Below are positions 23,977 to 33,034 of a stretch of DNA of 64,000 nucleotides, piece after piece. Within the stretch, counting starts at the first letter, position 1. Each line of letters starts with the position of its first letter. The position numbers were made by a program, and so were the translations under genes. The stretch is taken from positions 602,817 to 666,816 of the forward strand of contig BK006944.2 in NCBI GenBank assembly GCA_000146045.2, given 5' to 3'. Under the pieces are notes generated by a model, which searched no databases, was not told the origin of the DNA, and saw only the letters and a list, made by a program, of their open reading frames with translations. Source of the DNA: TPA_inf: Saccharomyces. Lineage: Eukaryota.

Positions 23977-26900
23977 ATGCCAGAAACCTCTGTTCAGAAT
24001 CCATTAAGGCTTTCTGAAAATGAAAATACTCGTTCGATGTTTCTGTCTGCATCACAGCAGCAGCGGCCATCTGCCACTCCATCCTTCCCTAGGTTGGTAC
24101 GGAATACCACAGCAAATTTGAGTTTATCAGATTTTCAAGTGTTAAATCCGTCTTCTAAAAGGCAAAATTCAAACTCGGTTTACGATGATATAAATAGCAG
24201 TAAGAGGCGAATAAGTAGACCTAGATTTTCAGATATCGAAGGAAAAAATAATGACCATACTTACCCAGAAAGAACAACAGTCAAGGAATCAGAGAAAAAT
24301 CCTTCTCCCAGATATGTGAGTAGTTCGAAAAGGGCCCTGAAAAGGGAAAACTCAGTTGGAATTACTCAATCCTCTGCATTGATTTCGAAATCATTTAGTG
24401 AAAACGGCGGAAGCATTGCACATGAGAAATGGAGCCCGGAAAATATGATAAAACCACTGAACGTTTCACAGAATTCGCTAGCTTTCGTGGATGCAGGGTC
24501 AGATGAACAGTCCAAGAGTGAAATTGTAGGCGGTTTCCAGCGTAAATCTAATAATAGTCAAGAAATCAACGACAAGGATAACAGTGCCCGAGATCAGGAT
24601 TTCAATAACAGTGGCAACAACAACAATAATAACAATCACAGTAGCAATAACAATGACAATAACAATAATAACAACGACGACAACAACAACAACAATAACA
24701 GCAACAGCCGTGATAATAACAATAATAGTGATGATAGTAATGAAAGGGAAGAAAATGATTCCTGCAAGCCAGCAAGTAATAAGAGATCGGGCATTGCTCT
24801 AATACAAAAATTACAAGAATTGTACAAAGTGATAGTTAAGCAAGAAATTGAATTGCAGGAGCGGTGCTCACAACTAACAAACTCTCAAACCACCGAACTA
24901 AAAAGCTTGTGGACTATCTATAAAATCAATACAGATCTTGTTAACAATTATGTCACTTTTATCACTACAGCTTTACTACCATCCCAACCGCCTCACGATT
25001 TGGTCATCGGCCAAGAAATTGTCGAAATATATAGGATCGAAAGAAGGCTATGGGTTTACGGCACGATAACATTTCTAGACGTTCTAAAGAACTTTTCTAA
25101 CTTCATGGATCCTGAAGTTTGCTGCCAATTTATCACTCACGTCTTTGTTTCATTATCAACTATGATTTCTGACATACCGTCCAAATATTCTATCACTTGG
25201 TTACAAAGACTAGGAGACTTATCAAGAATGGCTATAGCACTATATCCCTCGAGTTTTATCGATTGGAAACTGAGTGCTGAGCATTGGTATACTGAGGCGA
25301 TGAAATACATATACAATCATGGAAAGCTATATTATCATATGTCTACCGTACAGCAAAACACTCTTGAAGCTTTTGTAAATTTGGGGAAAAGCGTCTTTTG
25401 TCAGGAAACATTCACTCCGTCTCCGCAATATATGCAATTGGTTATTGATAACATTTATCAAAGAGCCTTTGTAGAAAGAAATAATGGCAATCTTAGAAAC
25501 TCTTTATTAATTGAGTATTTGAAACATAGTGAAGCCATGCTATTACCCAGTTTTTTAGAAAGTCCAGATTTACAAAATGTCGTGTTGAGCTATTTCATTG
25601 AAAAGTTCGGTATAGATGCAAACGGTTGTAACATTTTTAACGCAGAAGATATGTTTGTTCAGAATCCTGATTTTTTCAAGTATTTCTTCAGGCATGGCCC
25701 CTCTTTTGCACAATCGCATATTTTACAAATTGTTGGATTTGGAGAGCCAAAAAACCCATTTGCAATTTTATTTGAATTGCCGAAGTATTTGAAGGAGAGG
25801 AAAGACAAGAAGGAACGTAAAAAATCTTCAAATAATGACTCCTCCGTGACGGAAAGTTCAACGGGCAATAGCCGAAATGACAACGAAGATGACGATGAAA
25901 TAATGAGTTCTACCACTTCCATATCTGATCACGATCTCTTAGCAGAATTCTTCAATGACATCGATACCTTAAGGCGTCCGATACTGCCTTCAATGCTAAC
26001 AAACGAAGCATGGTTGGAAACATTAAAGTTTCTAAATATGACCTCATTAAAATGCGGTATAATAGTGCTTCGGAAGTTTCTACATGGGCCTTTAGGTATC
26101 GCATTACCCCATATCTTACCATGGATATACTTTATCATCTCAATTTGTTTGAAAAGCAGCCAATTGAGTGATCCAGTTAGTAAAGAATTCTGGATGATTA
26201 TTGTTAAGAGAGCTTTTCCATGGGATACAATGGTTACCTTTATGAATGTTTTGATTGTGTATTTATTGGATAACCAAACATCGAACTCTATTATTGGAGA
26301 TTTATGCGATGACTACGATAAATTAAGCCTTTCTGAACTTTTAGAATTATTCAATGAAGGCGAAGAATTACCAGAAATTTTGGGCTGTTGGGGAACATTG
26401 TGGTTTGACACAATTTGCGAAAAGAATACGCATTCGATTAGTAGTGAAGATAATTTTCAAGAAATCGGTATAAAAGATTATATGGCATTGGATTCGCCGA
26501 CAGATGGAATTATATTTGATGAAAAGGACGAAAATGGTGAAAAATTCTGGAAAAGGGCATGCAGAACCATATTTCTTTTTAGAGAGCTGTCAAGAAGTTT
26601 TCCAATAGGCGTAATAATCAGAAACGATCCGTTGATATATCGTTCATCATTTCAAAATACTAATATATTGGGAAGTTTAGTCTTCAAACTCGAACCCTTG
26701 TGCAATATACACAACAATATACCAGTATTAGGTGCCCTGGAAAGTATTATTGACATATCTGAGGCAAGAAGTGAAAACAACACTGATCTGCACGCTGTGC
26801 CGGAACTAAGTGTCAACGAGGGCGATAATATCTTCCACTATGTTGGCTACAAGAAACTTCGTGCCGATTATACGTGCTTCGATAAAAATGGAGAATTTTT

Positions 26901-27564
26901 AAGCGCCTCGCTTTACACTACATGGTATGTCCCGAACAGCAACAACACTAACATAGAGGACAACATCAATTATAACAGCGAAAAGGAAAATGAAGGTCTA
27001 TTTCTGGAATGTATAAAATCTGATTATCCAGAAATAGATTTTAAAACTACATACTTTGTCTTTGATGCAACTTCTTGGCTAAGACATTCCGCACGCATAT
27101 TCAAGCTAGCTCAAAACAGACTGCTAAGATTTGCCATTTGTTTAACCACATTCCAAGAGCTGAGATTTTTACGAAAGTCAAAGGACGAAAACGTCATGGA
27201 GGCTGCCACAAGAGGTATAATAACTATAAGGCAGCTTTACTATGAGAATAAAGTATTACCCCTAAGATTCACAGGTAATGTAGCGACACACATCGAAGAG
27301 AACTTAGAATTTGAAGAACAAATAACATGGAGGACACATGTCGACGAGTTTGTCATCGAATCCGTAATGAAGGCGCAAGAAAAACTAGAGAGTGCCAGCG
27401 AACCGCGTCTTTCCCCTCGCCGCTTTAACTACGTAGTTCTGATATCTGACGACGACGCCATGAAGAAAAAAGCAGAAGAAAAAGAAATAAAAACGCTAAG
27501 CACACGATTTGTGTTTTCTTTGTGCACAAAACTTGGCGAACAGCGCCATCTGTGTACAGACTGA
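23977..27564 (+). CDS. ESL2: EST1/SMG5-6-like protein with a C-terminal PIN-like domain and an N-terminal Asn/Asp-rich low-complexity tract
   Basis: A 1195-aa ORF. I recognise it as the Est1-like protein adjacent to PCK1. The poly-N/D tract (NNSGNNNNNNNHSSNNNDNNNNNNDDNNNNNNSNSRDNNNNSDD) spans about 24590-24760. The conserved 14-3-3-like/TPR and PIN regions are recalled rather than verified here. Confidence 0.85.
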   Translation: MPETSVQNPLRLSENENTRSMFLSASQQQRPSATPSFPRLVRNTTANLSLSDFQVLNPSSKRQNSNSVYDDINSSKRRISRPRFSDIEGKNNDHTYPERTTVKESEKNPSPRYVSSSKRALKRENSVGITQSSALISKSFSENGGSIAHEKWSPENMIKPLNVSQNSLAFVDAGSDEQSKSEIVGGFQRKSNNSQEINDKDNSARDQDFNNSGNNNNNNNHSSNNNDNNNNNNDDNNNNNNSNSRDNNNNSDDSNEREENDSCKPASNKRSGIALIQKLQELYKVIVKQEIELQERCSQLTNSQTTELKSLWTIYKINTDLVNNYVTFITTALLPSQPPHDLVIGQEIVEIYRIERRLWVYGTITFLDVLKNFSNFMDPEVCCQFITHVFVSLSTMISDIPSKYSITWLQRLGDLSRMAIALYPSSFIDWKLSAEHWYTEAMKYIYNHGKLYYHMSTVQQNTLEAFVNLGKSVFCQETFTPSPQYMQLVIDNIYQRAFVERNNGNLRNSLLIEYLKHSEAMLLPSFLESPDLQNVVLSYFIEKFGIDANGCNIFNAEDMFVQNPDFFKYFFRHGPSFAQSHILQIVGFGEPKNPFAILFELPKYLKERKDKKERKKSSNNDSSVTESSTGNSRNDNEDDDEIMSSTTSISDHDLLAEFFNDIDTLRRPILPSMLTNEAWLETLKFLNMTSLKCGIIVLRKFLHGPLGIALPHILPWIYFIISICLKSSQLSDPVSKEFWMIIVKRAFPWDTMVTFMNVLIVYLLDNQTSNSIIGDLCDDYDKLSLSELLELFNEGEELPEILGCWGTLWFDTICEKNTHSISSEDNFQEIGIKDYMALDSPTDGIIFDEKDENGEKFWKRACRTIFLFRELSRSFPIGVIIRNDPLIYRSSFQNTNILGSLVFKLEPLCNIHNNIPVLGALESIIDISEARSENNTDLHAVPELSVNEGDNIFHYVGYKKLRADYTCFDKNGEFLSASLYTTWYVPNSNNTNIEDNINYNSEKENEGLFLECIKSDYPEIDFKTTYFVFDATSWLRHSARIFKLAQNRLLRFAICLTTFQELRFLRKSKDENVMEAATRGIITIRQLYYENKVLPLRFTGNVATHIEENLEFEEQITWRTHVDEFVIESVMKAQEKLESASEPRLSPRRFNYVVLISDDDAMKKKAEEKEIKTLSTRFVFSLCTKLGEQRHLCTD

Positions 27565-27773
27565 TCGTTCGTTGTACGTACATTTACAACAACACCAATT
27601 CTACTCACCGCCATAAATAACACTTTAATTTTAATATATACTTTTATATGCATATAACCAACTGACTTCCATACAATTCTGACCAGAGCACTTGGGCAGA
27701 GCCCCCACCCAGGGCCTTGTCGGAAAAAATCGGAATATCCCACACGATCCACCGGAGAATATCGGGACGCTGA

Positions 27774-27784
27774 CGGGTGAATGG
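27774..27784 (+). promoter_or_regulatory. Candidate carbon-source-responsive element (CSRE; Cat8/Sip4 site) in the PCK1 upstream region
   Basis: CGGGTGAATGG matches the CSRE consensus CGGNYNAAYGG. It lies about 550 bp upstream of the PCK1 ATG. PCK1 is a classic CSRE-regulated gluconeogenic gene. Confidence 0.35.
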
Positions 27785-28104
27785 AGATCTGGATTTCCTA
27801 ATTTGGATACATCTCTTTTCTTTTTTTGACTCACAATAGGAAAAAACCGAGCTTCCTTTCATCCGGCGCGGCTGTGTTCTACATATCACTGAAGCTCCGG
27901 GTATTTTAAGTTATACAAGGGAAAGATGCCGGCTAGACTAGCAAGTTTTAGGCTGCTTAACATTATGGATAGGCGGATAAAGGGCCCAAACAGGATTGTA
28001 AAGCTTAGACGCTTCTGGTTGGACAATGGTACGTTTGTGTATTAAGTAAGGCTTGGCTGGGGATAGCAACATTGGGCAGAGTATAGAAGACCACAAAAAA
28101 AAGG

Positions 28105-28112
28105 TATATAAG
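28105..28112 (+). promoter_or_regulatory. TATA box candidate for PCK1 (TATATAAG)
   Basis: A consensus TATA element about 225 bp upstream of the ATG, in the correct orientation. Confidence 0.3.
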
Positions 28113-28335
28113 GGCAGAGAAGTCTTTGTAATGTGTGTAACTTCTCTTCCATGTGTAATCAGTATTTCTACTTACTTCTTAAATATACAGAAGTAAGACA
28201 GATAACCAACAGCCTTTCCCAGATATACATATATATCTTTATTTCAGCTTAAACAATAATTATATTTGTTTAACTCAAAAATAAAAAAAAAAAACCAAAC
28301 TCACGCAACTAATTATTCCATAATAAAATAACAAC

Positions 28336-29985
28336 ATGTCCCCTTCTAAAATGAATGCTACAGTAGGATCTACTTCCGAAGTTGAACAAAAAATCAGACA
28401 AGAATTGGCTCTTAGTGACGAAGTCACCACCATCAGACGCAATGCTCCAGCTGCCGTTTTGTATGAAGATGGTCTAAAAGAAAATAAAACTGTCATTTCA
28501 TCAAGCGGTGCATTGATCGCTTATTCCGGTGTTAAAACCGGAAGATCTCCAAAGGACAAACGTATTGTTGAAGAACCTACCTCGAAAGACGAAATTTGGT
28601 GGGGTCCGGTCAATAAACCATGTTCTGAAAGAACATGGTCTATCAACCGTGAAAGAGCTGCAGATTACTTGAGAACAAGAGACCACATTTATATTGTCGA
28701 TGCATTTGCAGGATGGGATCCAAAATACAGAATCAAAGTCCGCGTTGTTTGTGCCAGGGCTTACCACGCTTTATTCATGACAAATATGCTTATTAGACCT
28801 ACAGAAGAAGAATTAGCCCATTTTGGAGAACCTGATTTTACTGTCTGGAACGCTGGTCAGTTCCCAGCCAATTTACACACCCAGGATATGTCTTCAAAGA
28901 GTACTATAGAAATTAACTTCAAAGCAATGGAAATGATCATTTTAGGTACCGAATACGCCGGTGAAATGAAAAAAGGTATTTTCACAGTTATGTTTTACTT
29001 GATGCCTGTGCACCATAACGTTTTAACTTTGCACTCTTCCGCCAACCAGGGTATTCAAAACGGTGACGTTACTTTATTCTTTGGCCTAAGTGGTACCGGG
29101 AAAACCACTTTATCCGCAGACCCACATAGATTGTTGATCGGCGATGATGAACATTGTTGGTCCGACCATGGTGTCTTCAATATCGAAGGTGGTTGTTACG
29201 CCAAGTGTATTAATTTATCTGCCGAAAAGGAGCCTGAAATTTTCGACGCTATCAAGTTTGGTTCTGTATTAGAAAACGTTATCTATGACGAGAAGTCGCA
29301 TGTAGTCGACTATGACGACTCTTCTATTACTGAAAATACTAGATGTGCCTACCCAATTGACTACATTCCAAGTGCCAAGATTCCATGTTTGGCGGACTCT
29401 CATCCAAAGAACATTATCCTGCTAACTTGTGATGCTTCGGGTGTTTTACCACCAGTATCTAAATTGACTCCTGAACAAGTCATGTACCATTTCATCTCTG
29501 GTTACACTTCTAAAATGGCTGGTACTGAGCAAGGTGTCACTGAACCTGAACCAACATTTTCATCTTGTTTCGGACAACCCTTCCTAGCCTTGCACCCTAT
29601 TAGATACGCAACCATGTTAGCTACAAAGATGTCTCAACATAAAGCTAATGCGTACTTAATCAACACCGGCTGGACTGGTTCTTCCTACGTATCTGGTGGT
29701 AAACGTTGCCCATTGAAGTACACAAGGGCCATTCTGGATTCTATTCATGATGGTTCGTTAGCCAATGAAACGTACGAAACTTTACCGATTTTCAATCTTC
29801 AAGTACCTACCAAGGTTAACGGTGTTCCAGCTGAGCTTTTGAATCCTGCTAAAAACTGGTCTCAAGGTGAATCCAAATACAGAGGTGCAGTTACCAACTT
29901 GGCCAACTTGTTTGTTCAAAATTTCAAGATTTATCAAGACAGAGCCACACCAGATGTATTAGCCGCTGGTCCTCAATTCGAGTAA
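28336..29985 (+). CDS. PCK1: ATP-dependent phosphoenolpyruvate carboxykinase
   Basis: A 549-aa ORF with the PEPCK-ATP kinase-1a P-loop GLSGTGKTT and the PCK-specific motifs (FGLSGTGKTTLS, GDDEHCW). It is unmistakably yeast Pck1. Confidence 0.97.
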   Translation: MSPSKMNATVGSTSEVEQKIRQELALSDEVTTIRRNAPAAVLYEDGLKENKTVISSSGALIAYSGVKTGRSPKDKRIVEEPTSKDEIWWGPVNKPCSERTWSINRERAADYLRTRDHIYIVDAFAGWDPKYRIKVRVVCARAYHALFMTNMLIRPTEEELAHFGEPDFTVWNAGQFPANLHTQDMSSKSTIEINFKAMEMIILGTEYAGEMKKGIFTVMFYLMPVHHNVLTLHSSANQGIQNGDVTLFFGLSGTGKTTLSADPHRLLIGDDEHCWSDHGVFNIEGGCYAKCINLSAEKEPEIFDAIKFGSVLENVIYDEKSHVVDYDDSSITENTRCAYPIDYIPSAKIPCLADSHPKNIILLTCDASGVLPPVSKLTPEQVMYHFISGYTSKMAGTEQGVTEPEPTFSSCFGQPFLALHPIRYATMLATKMSQHKANAYLINTGWTGSSYVSGGKRCPLKYTRAILDSIHDGSLANETYETLPIFNLQVPTKVNGVPAELLNPAKNWSQGESKYRGAVTNLANLFVQNFKIYQDRATPDVLAAGPQFE

Positions 29986-30209
29986 ACGAAACATGTTCGT
30001 TCGATATGTTCAATCCAAAAAAAAAAAAAAGAATTAGAATTATTTCGACATCATAAATGTTCGTAATATATTATTTTGTCAATTTTTTCTCTTCCCATTT
30101 CAGCTTTTTTTTAATAACTGAAACTGGATCAACAAGCACATGTTTTTCTAATTAATCTTTCAAACATATTTATGTATATACATAAGGAAAATTCAAAAAT
30201 CCGATGCAA

Positions 30210-32363
30210 TTAACAGAATTCTTCTTCATAGTTCTCTTCATCCATTCTTTCGTAGAATAAGACGTATACCTCATCGCTAGACATTTCTGTTTTGCCGGCT
30301 TCAAAGTTGTTGCGATCCTTGCGATGTTGCTGTATATAATCGTCATCAAATGTAACCCAAACTTGTCTATTCAGTCCAATTTCATGGCTCTTTTCTTTGT
30401 TCACAACAGAAGTATAGTGTCCATTGATAAGGTTACCGGAATGATTCACCGTTCCATATAACTTGTATCGAATCACTTTACCGTTCTTTAAAATAATGTT
30501 CAATATCAAAGGGTAGGTTATTACAGTGCTGTTTTTTTTTGTTAAATCATAATAGAACCTTGATAAATGAATGACAAGTATCGGAGGTAAAACTATAAAG
30601 TCTAAACTCTTAATCGTGGTTAACTTTTTAGAATTTCGCTTCTTTGCATTTTTTGTTGAATCATCGCTGCTATGGTGATGATGGTGATGATGGTGGGGTG
30701 ATTTTGACCTTGATCTGGAATGAAAACCGAATATGGTTGATTTTTTCTTCTGGCTAGTAATTTCTTCTTTTTTGGATTTAGAATCAGTAATTCTACAATT
30801 AGGACAATCCCAAGCATTGTCGCCTGACAGTTCTTCATCGCCTGTAAATAAGTTTATGCAATCCTCTAATTTAATTTTTCTCGACTTACTTGTAAAGCTA
30901 TACAATGATAGTTTTGGAATCGCAAGTGACAGAACATAGAAGGTAGAATAGCTATAAGAAGAATTACCACAGCGCTGACATTTCAAAATGTTCTCCAACT
31001 GCCCTCGATATATGTGATCAATTGGAGATAAACCATCAGTAATAACATTTCTCTCGTACCATTTCTCGTATTTGGATGGGTTAACTTGTAAAGCATTCGC
31101 ATCATATGACACTAGATCTGGATAATACTTGACAACATTTTCGTTCGAGAGCTCTTCATGTATTCGTGCTAAAACTATTAGTAGAAATTCCTGTGTATCC
31201 TGTTGATCATCTGGGATGTTCAAATCTGGCCTTAACTTCTTGCACATTTTTAAGAATCTATTTGGTATAATCGCTCTTCCTCCATTCAAATACATTTTTT
31301 TGAACAAAACGTAAATCGAGCGGGAAAGTTGGACTTCTTTCGGATATTTGTTAGTATTGAGGAATAGCCTATATTTCTTGGTTAAAAACAAATCCCGAAA
31401 TAAGGTAGTGCCAAACAGACATTGAATTATACTGTTAATATAGCATGTATTGCATGGATTTTGCAGGCCAGTAATAGATAACTCTGATAACAGATCATTA
31501 GAATCTTCAATTACTGGTAGATTGTAAGCTTTCGGGGCCGAAGATTCTATGGCCTCGATCTTTCCTTCTTCCTCCTTTGGCTTTTCCACCTTGGATAAAG
31601 AGGATGAAGAATCTTGGCTAGAATCTCTGATTTGTGACGAAACCTCCAAGGAGTGCACGGGGGGAGCAGTTGCTGGACTAGACAGCGTTTTGAATAATGC
31701 ATCCTTTCCAGTACTGAGTTTTAAATACGAGGGTTTTGATAATGCTTCTTTGCTTGTGTAGTACGCCACTTCAGAACCAGCTTCCAATTTATTACTTGAT
31801 GCTATCTGATTACTTTCCCTGACTATGTCCTCTTTCGAATTATCATTTGTTGGTTTTGTTAGCTCATTCGGTATTTCATGTAGTGAGCCATCAAACTTGT
31901 TATGTATTGACAAAGAGGCCATATGAACAGGTAAAGGCCGTAGCGGTAAGGAGTAGGCTCTTTTTCTTTTTATGGTCCTGCAAATTCCGTTTGACTCCGC
32001 TAAATACCGGTCAACAATAACAGTACTTTCATCTCTTACCACTTTTAACACATAACCCATCACGTGTTCGTCTTGATAGTCGTTTTTTAGCTTTGCGTAA
32101 CTGCTGTAGAGATTATTTCTTGTTTGGAATTGTAACGATTGTGGAATAATAAGGTACAGATAATAACAACCAATAATAAATGCTGTCAAAGCTTCCATTT
32201 CCTGATTGATTTCTAAATCCCTCAGGTAAACATTAAACAGATGAGCAGCATGGTCTAACAATCCTCTTAAGTTCTTTAGCCGTAATTGCGAATAAAACTG
32301 TTTAATATCTACTTCATATACTTTTCGAACTAGGTTTAGAATTTGATCTGGGTTTAATAACAT
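30210..32363 (-). CDS. UBP11: Ubiquitin-specific protease (USP/UBP family)
   Basis: A 717-aa ORF with the Cys box GLQNPCNTCYINSIIQCL and the His box YKLYGTVNHSGNLINGHYTS. An internal His8 run is present. I recognise it as the Ubp7 paralogue Ubp11. Confidence 0.88.
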   Translation of the reverse strand: MLLNPDQILNLVRKVYEVDIKQFYSQLRLKNLRGLLDHAAHLFNVYLRDLEINQEMEALTAFIIGCYYLYLIIPQSLQFQTRNNLYSSYAKLKNDYQDEHVMGYVLKVVRDESTVIVDRYLAESNGICRTIKRKRAYSLPLRPLPVHMASLSIHNKFDGSLHEIPNELTKPTNDNSKEDIVRESNQIASSNKLEAGSEVAYYTSKEALSKPSYLKLSTGKDALFKTLSSPATAPPVHSLEVSSQIRDSSQDSSSSLSKVEKPKEEEGKIEAIESSAPKAYNLPVIEDSNDLLSELSITGLQNPCNTCYINSIIQCLFGTTLFRDLFLTKKYRLFLNTNKYPKEVQLSRSIYVLFKKMYLNGGRAIIPNRFLKMCKKLRPDLNIPDDQQDTQEFLLIVLARIHEELSNENVVKYYPDLVSYDANALQVNPSKYEKWYERNVITDGLSPIDHIYRGQLENILKCQRCGNSSYSYSTFYVLSLAIPKLSLYSFTSKSRKIKLEDCINLFTGDEELSGDNAWDCPNCRITDSKSKKEEITSQKKKSTIFGFHSRSRSKSPHHHHHHHHSSDDSTKNAKKRNSKKLTTIKSLDFIVLPPILVIHLSRFYYDLTKKNSTVITYPLILNIILKNGKVIRYKLYGTVNHSGNLINGHYTSVVNKEKSHEIGLNRQVWVTFDDDYIQQHRKDRNNFEAGKTEMSSDEVYVLFYERMDEENYEEEFC

Positions 32364-32632
32364 TGTCTTTATGACTTCCGATTTAGCGAAAAGAAAACGG
32401 AAAGTAAGATCAATGCCACGGTTATTTAGTTTACTGAAGATCCTGAAAGACTACTAGCAGTAGCAGTAACCTTTCAGAGCTTATAATCAACCTAATGATT
32501 ACTCAGCGCACAATCTAAAAGGGTTTCTCAACTAATTCTCGAAGAAATGTCAATCCCTTTTTTAAGCACTCCGGAAAAACTTTATAATAGATGTGGGGAA
32601 ATCACCTTTGACGATGTGCAACGGAGAAACTA

Positions 32633-32669
32633 TTTTTTTTTTTCTTTTTTTCTTTTTTTTTTTTTTTTT
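32633..32669. promoter_or_regulatory. Long poly(dA:dT) tract in the divergent UBP11/BAS1 intergenic region. About 37 nt of T with two C interruptions. Likely a nucleosome-excluding promoter element.
   Basis: Direct observation of T10 TTTC T7 C T19. It lies about 270 bp upstream of the UBP11 start on the minus strand. Confidence 0.4.
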
Positions 32670-33034
32670 GGTCCGAACAATGCGATGAGCCAGACGAAGA
32701 AAAAAATAAAAAATGAGAATGAGTAATTATGTTAAGACCTTTAGAAGAAATAGGGTCCAGTCACAGAATAAAGCCCCAGGAAACTTTAAAGCAATCGAAA
32801 TTAACCAGCTATATTTATATAATAAGAAATTTTTCTTATTAGTTTACTATAAAGGACTAGTGTACGTTTTTTGTGTTTAATTATTTGCTTTCTGATAATC
32901 CGGTTTGCTGATTTGAATCGTTCTCTGCAACAATTGTTGATCTCTAGTGGGGTAAACAAAATTAGTTTTGTTTAAAACTTTTGTTGTAGCGTTTTTGCTC
33001 TTTTTTTTTTATCGCAGAATACATTTTATCGAGA

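Noticed and set aside
24584-24827. ORFs of 72 and 63 aa (poly-Thr/Ile and poly-Leu) overlapping ESL2
   Set aside because: They are alternate-frame and antisense translations of the AAC/AAT-rich poly-Asn tract.
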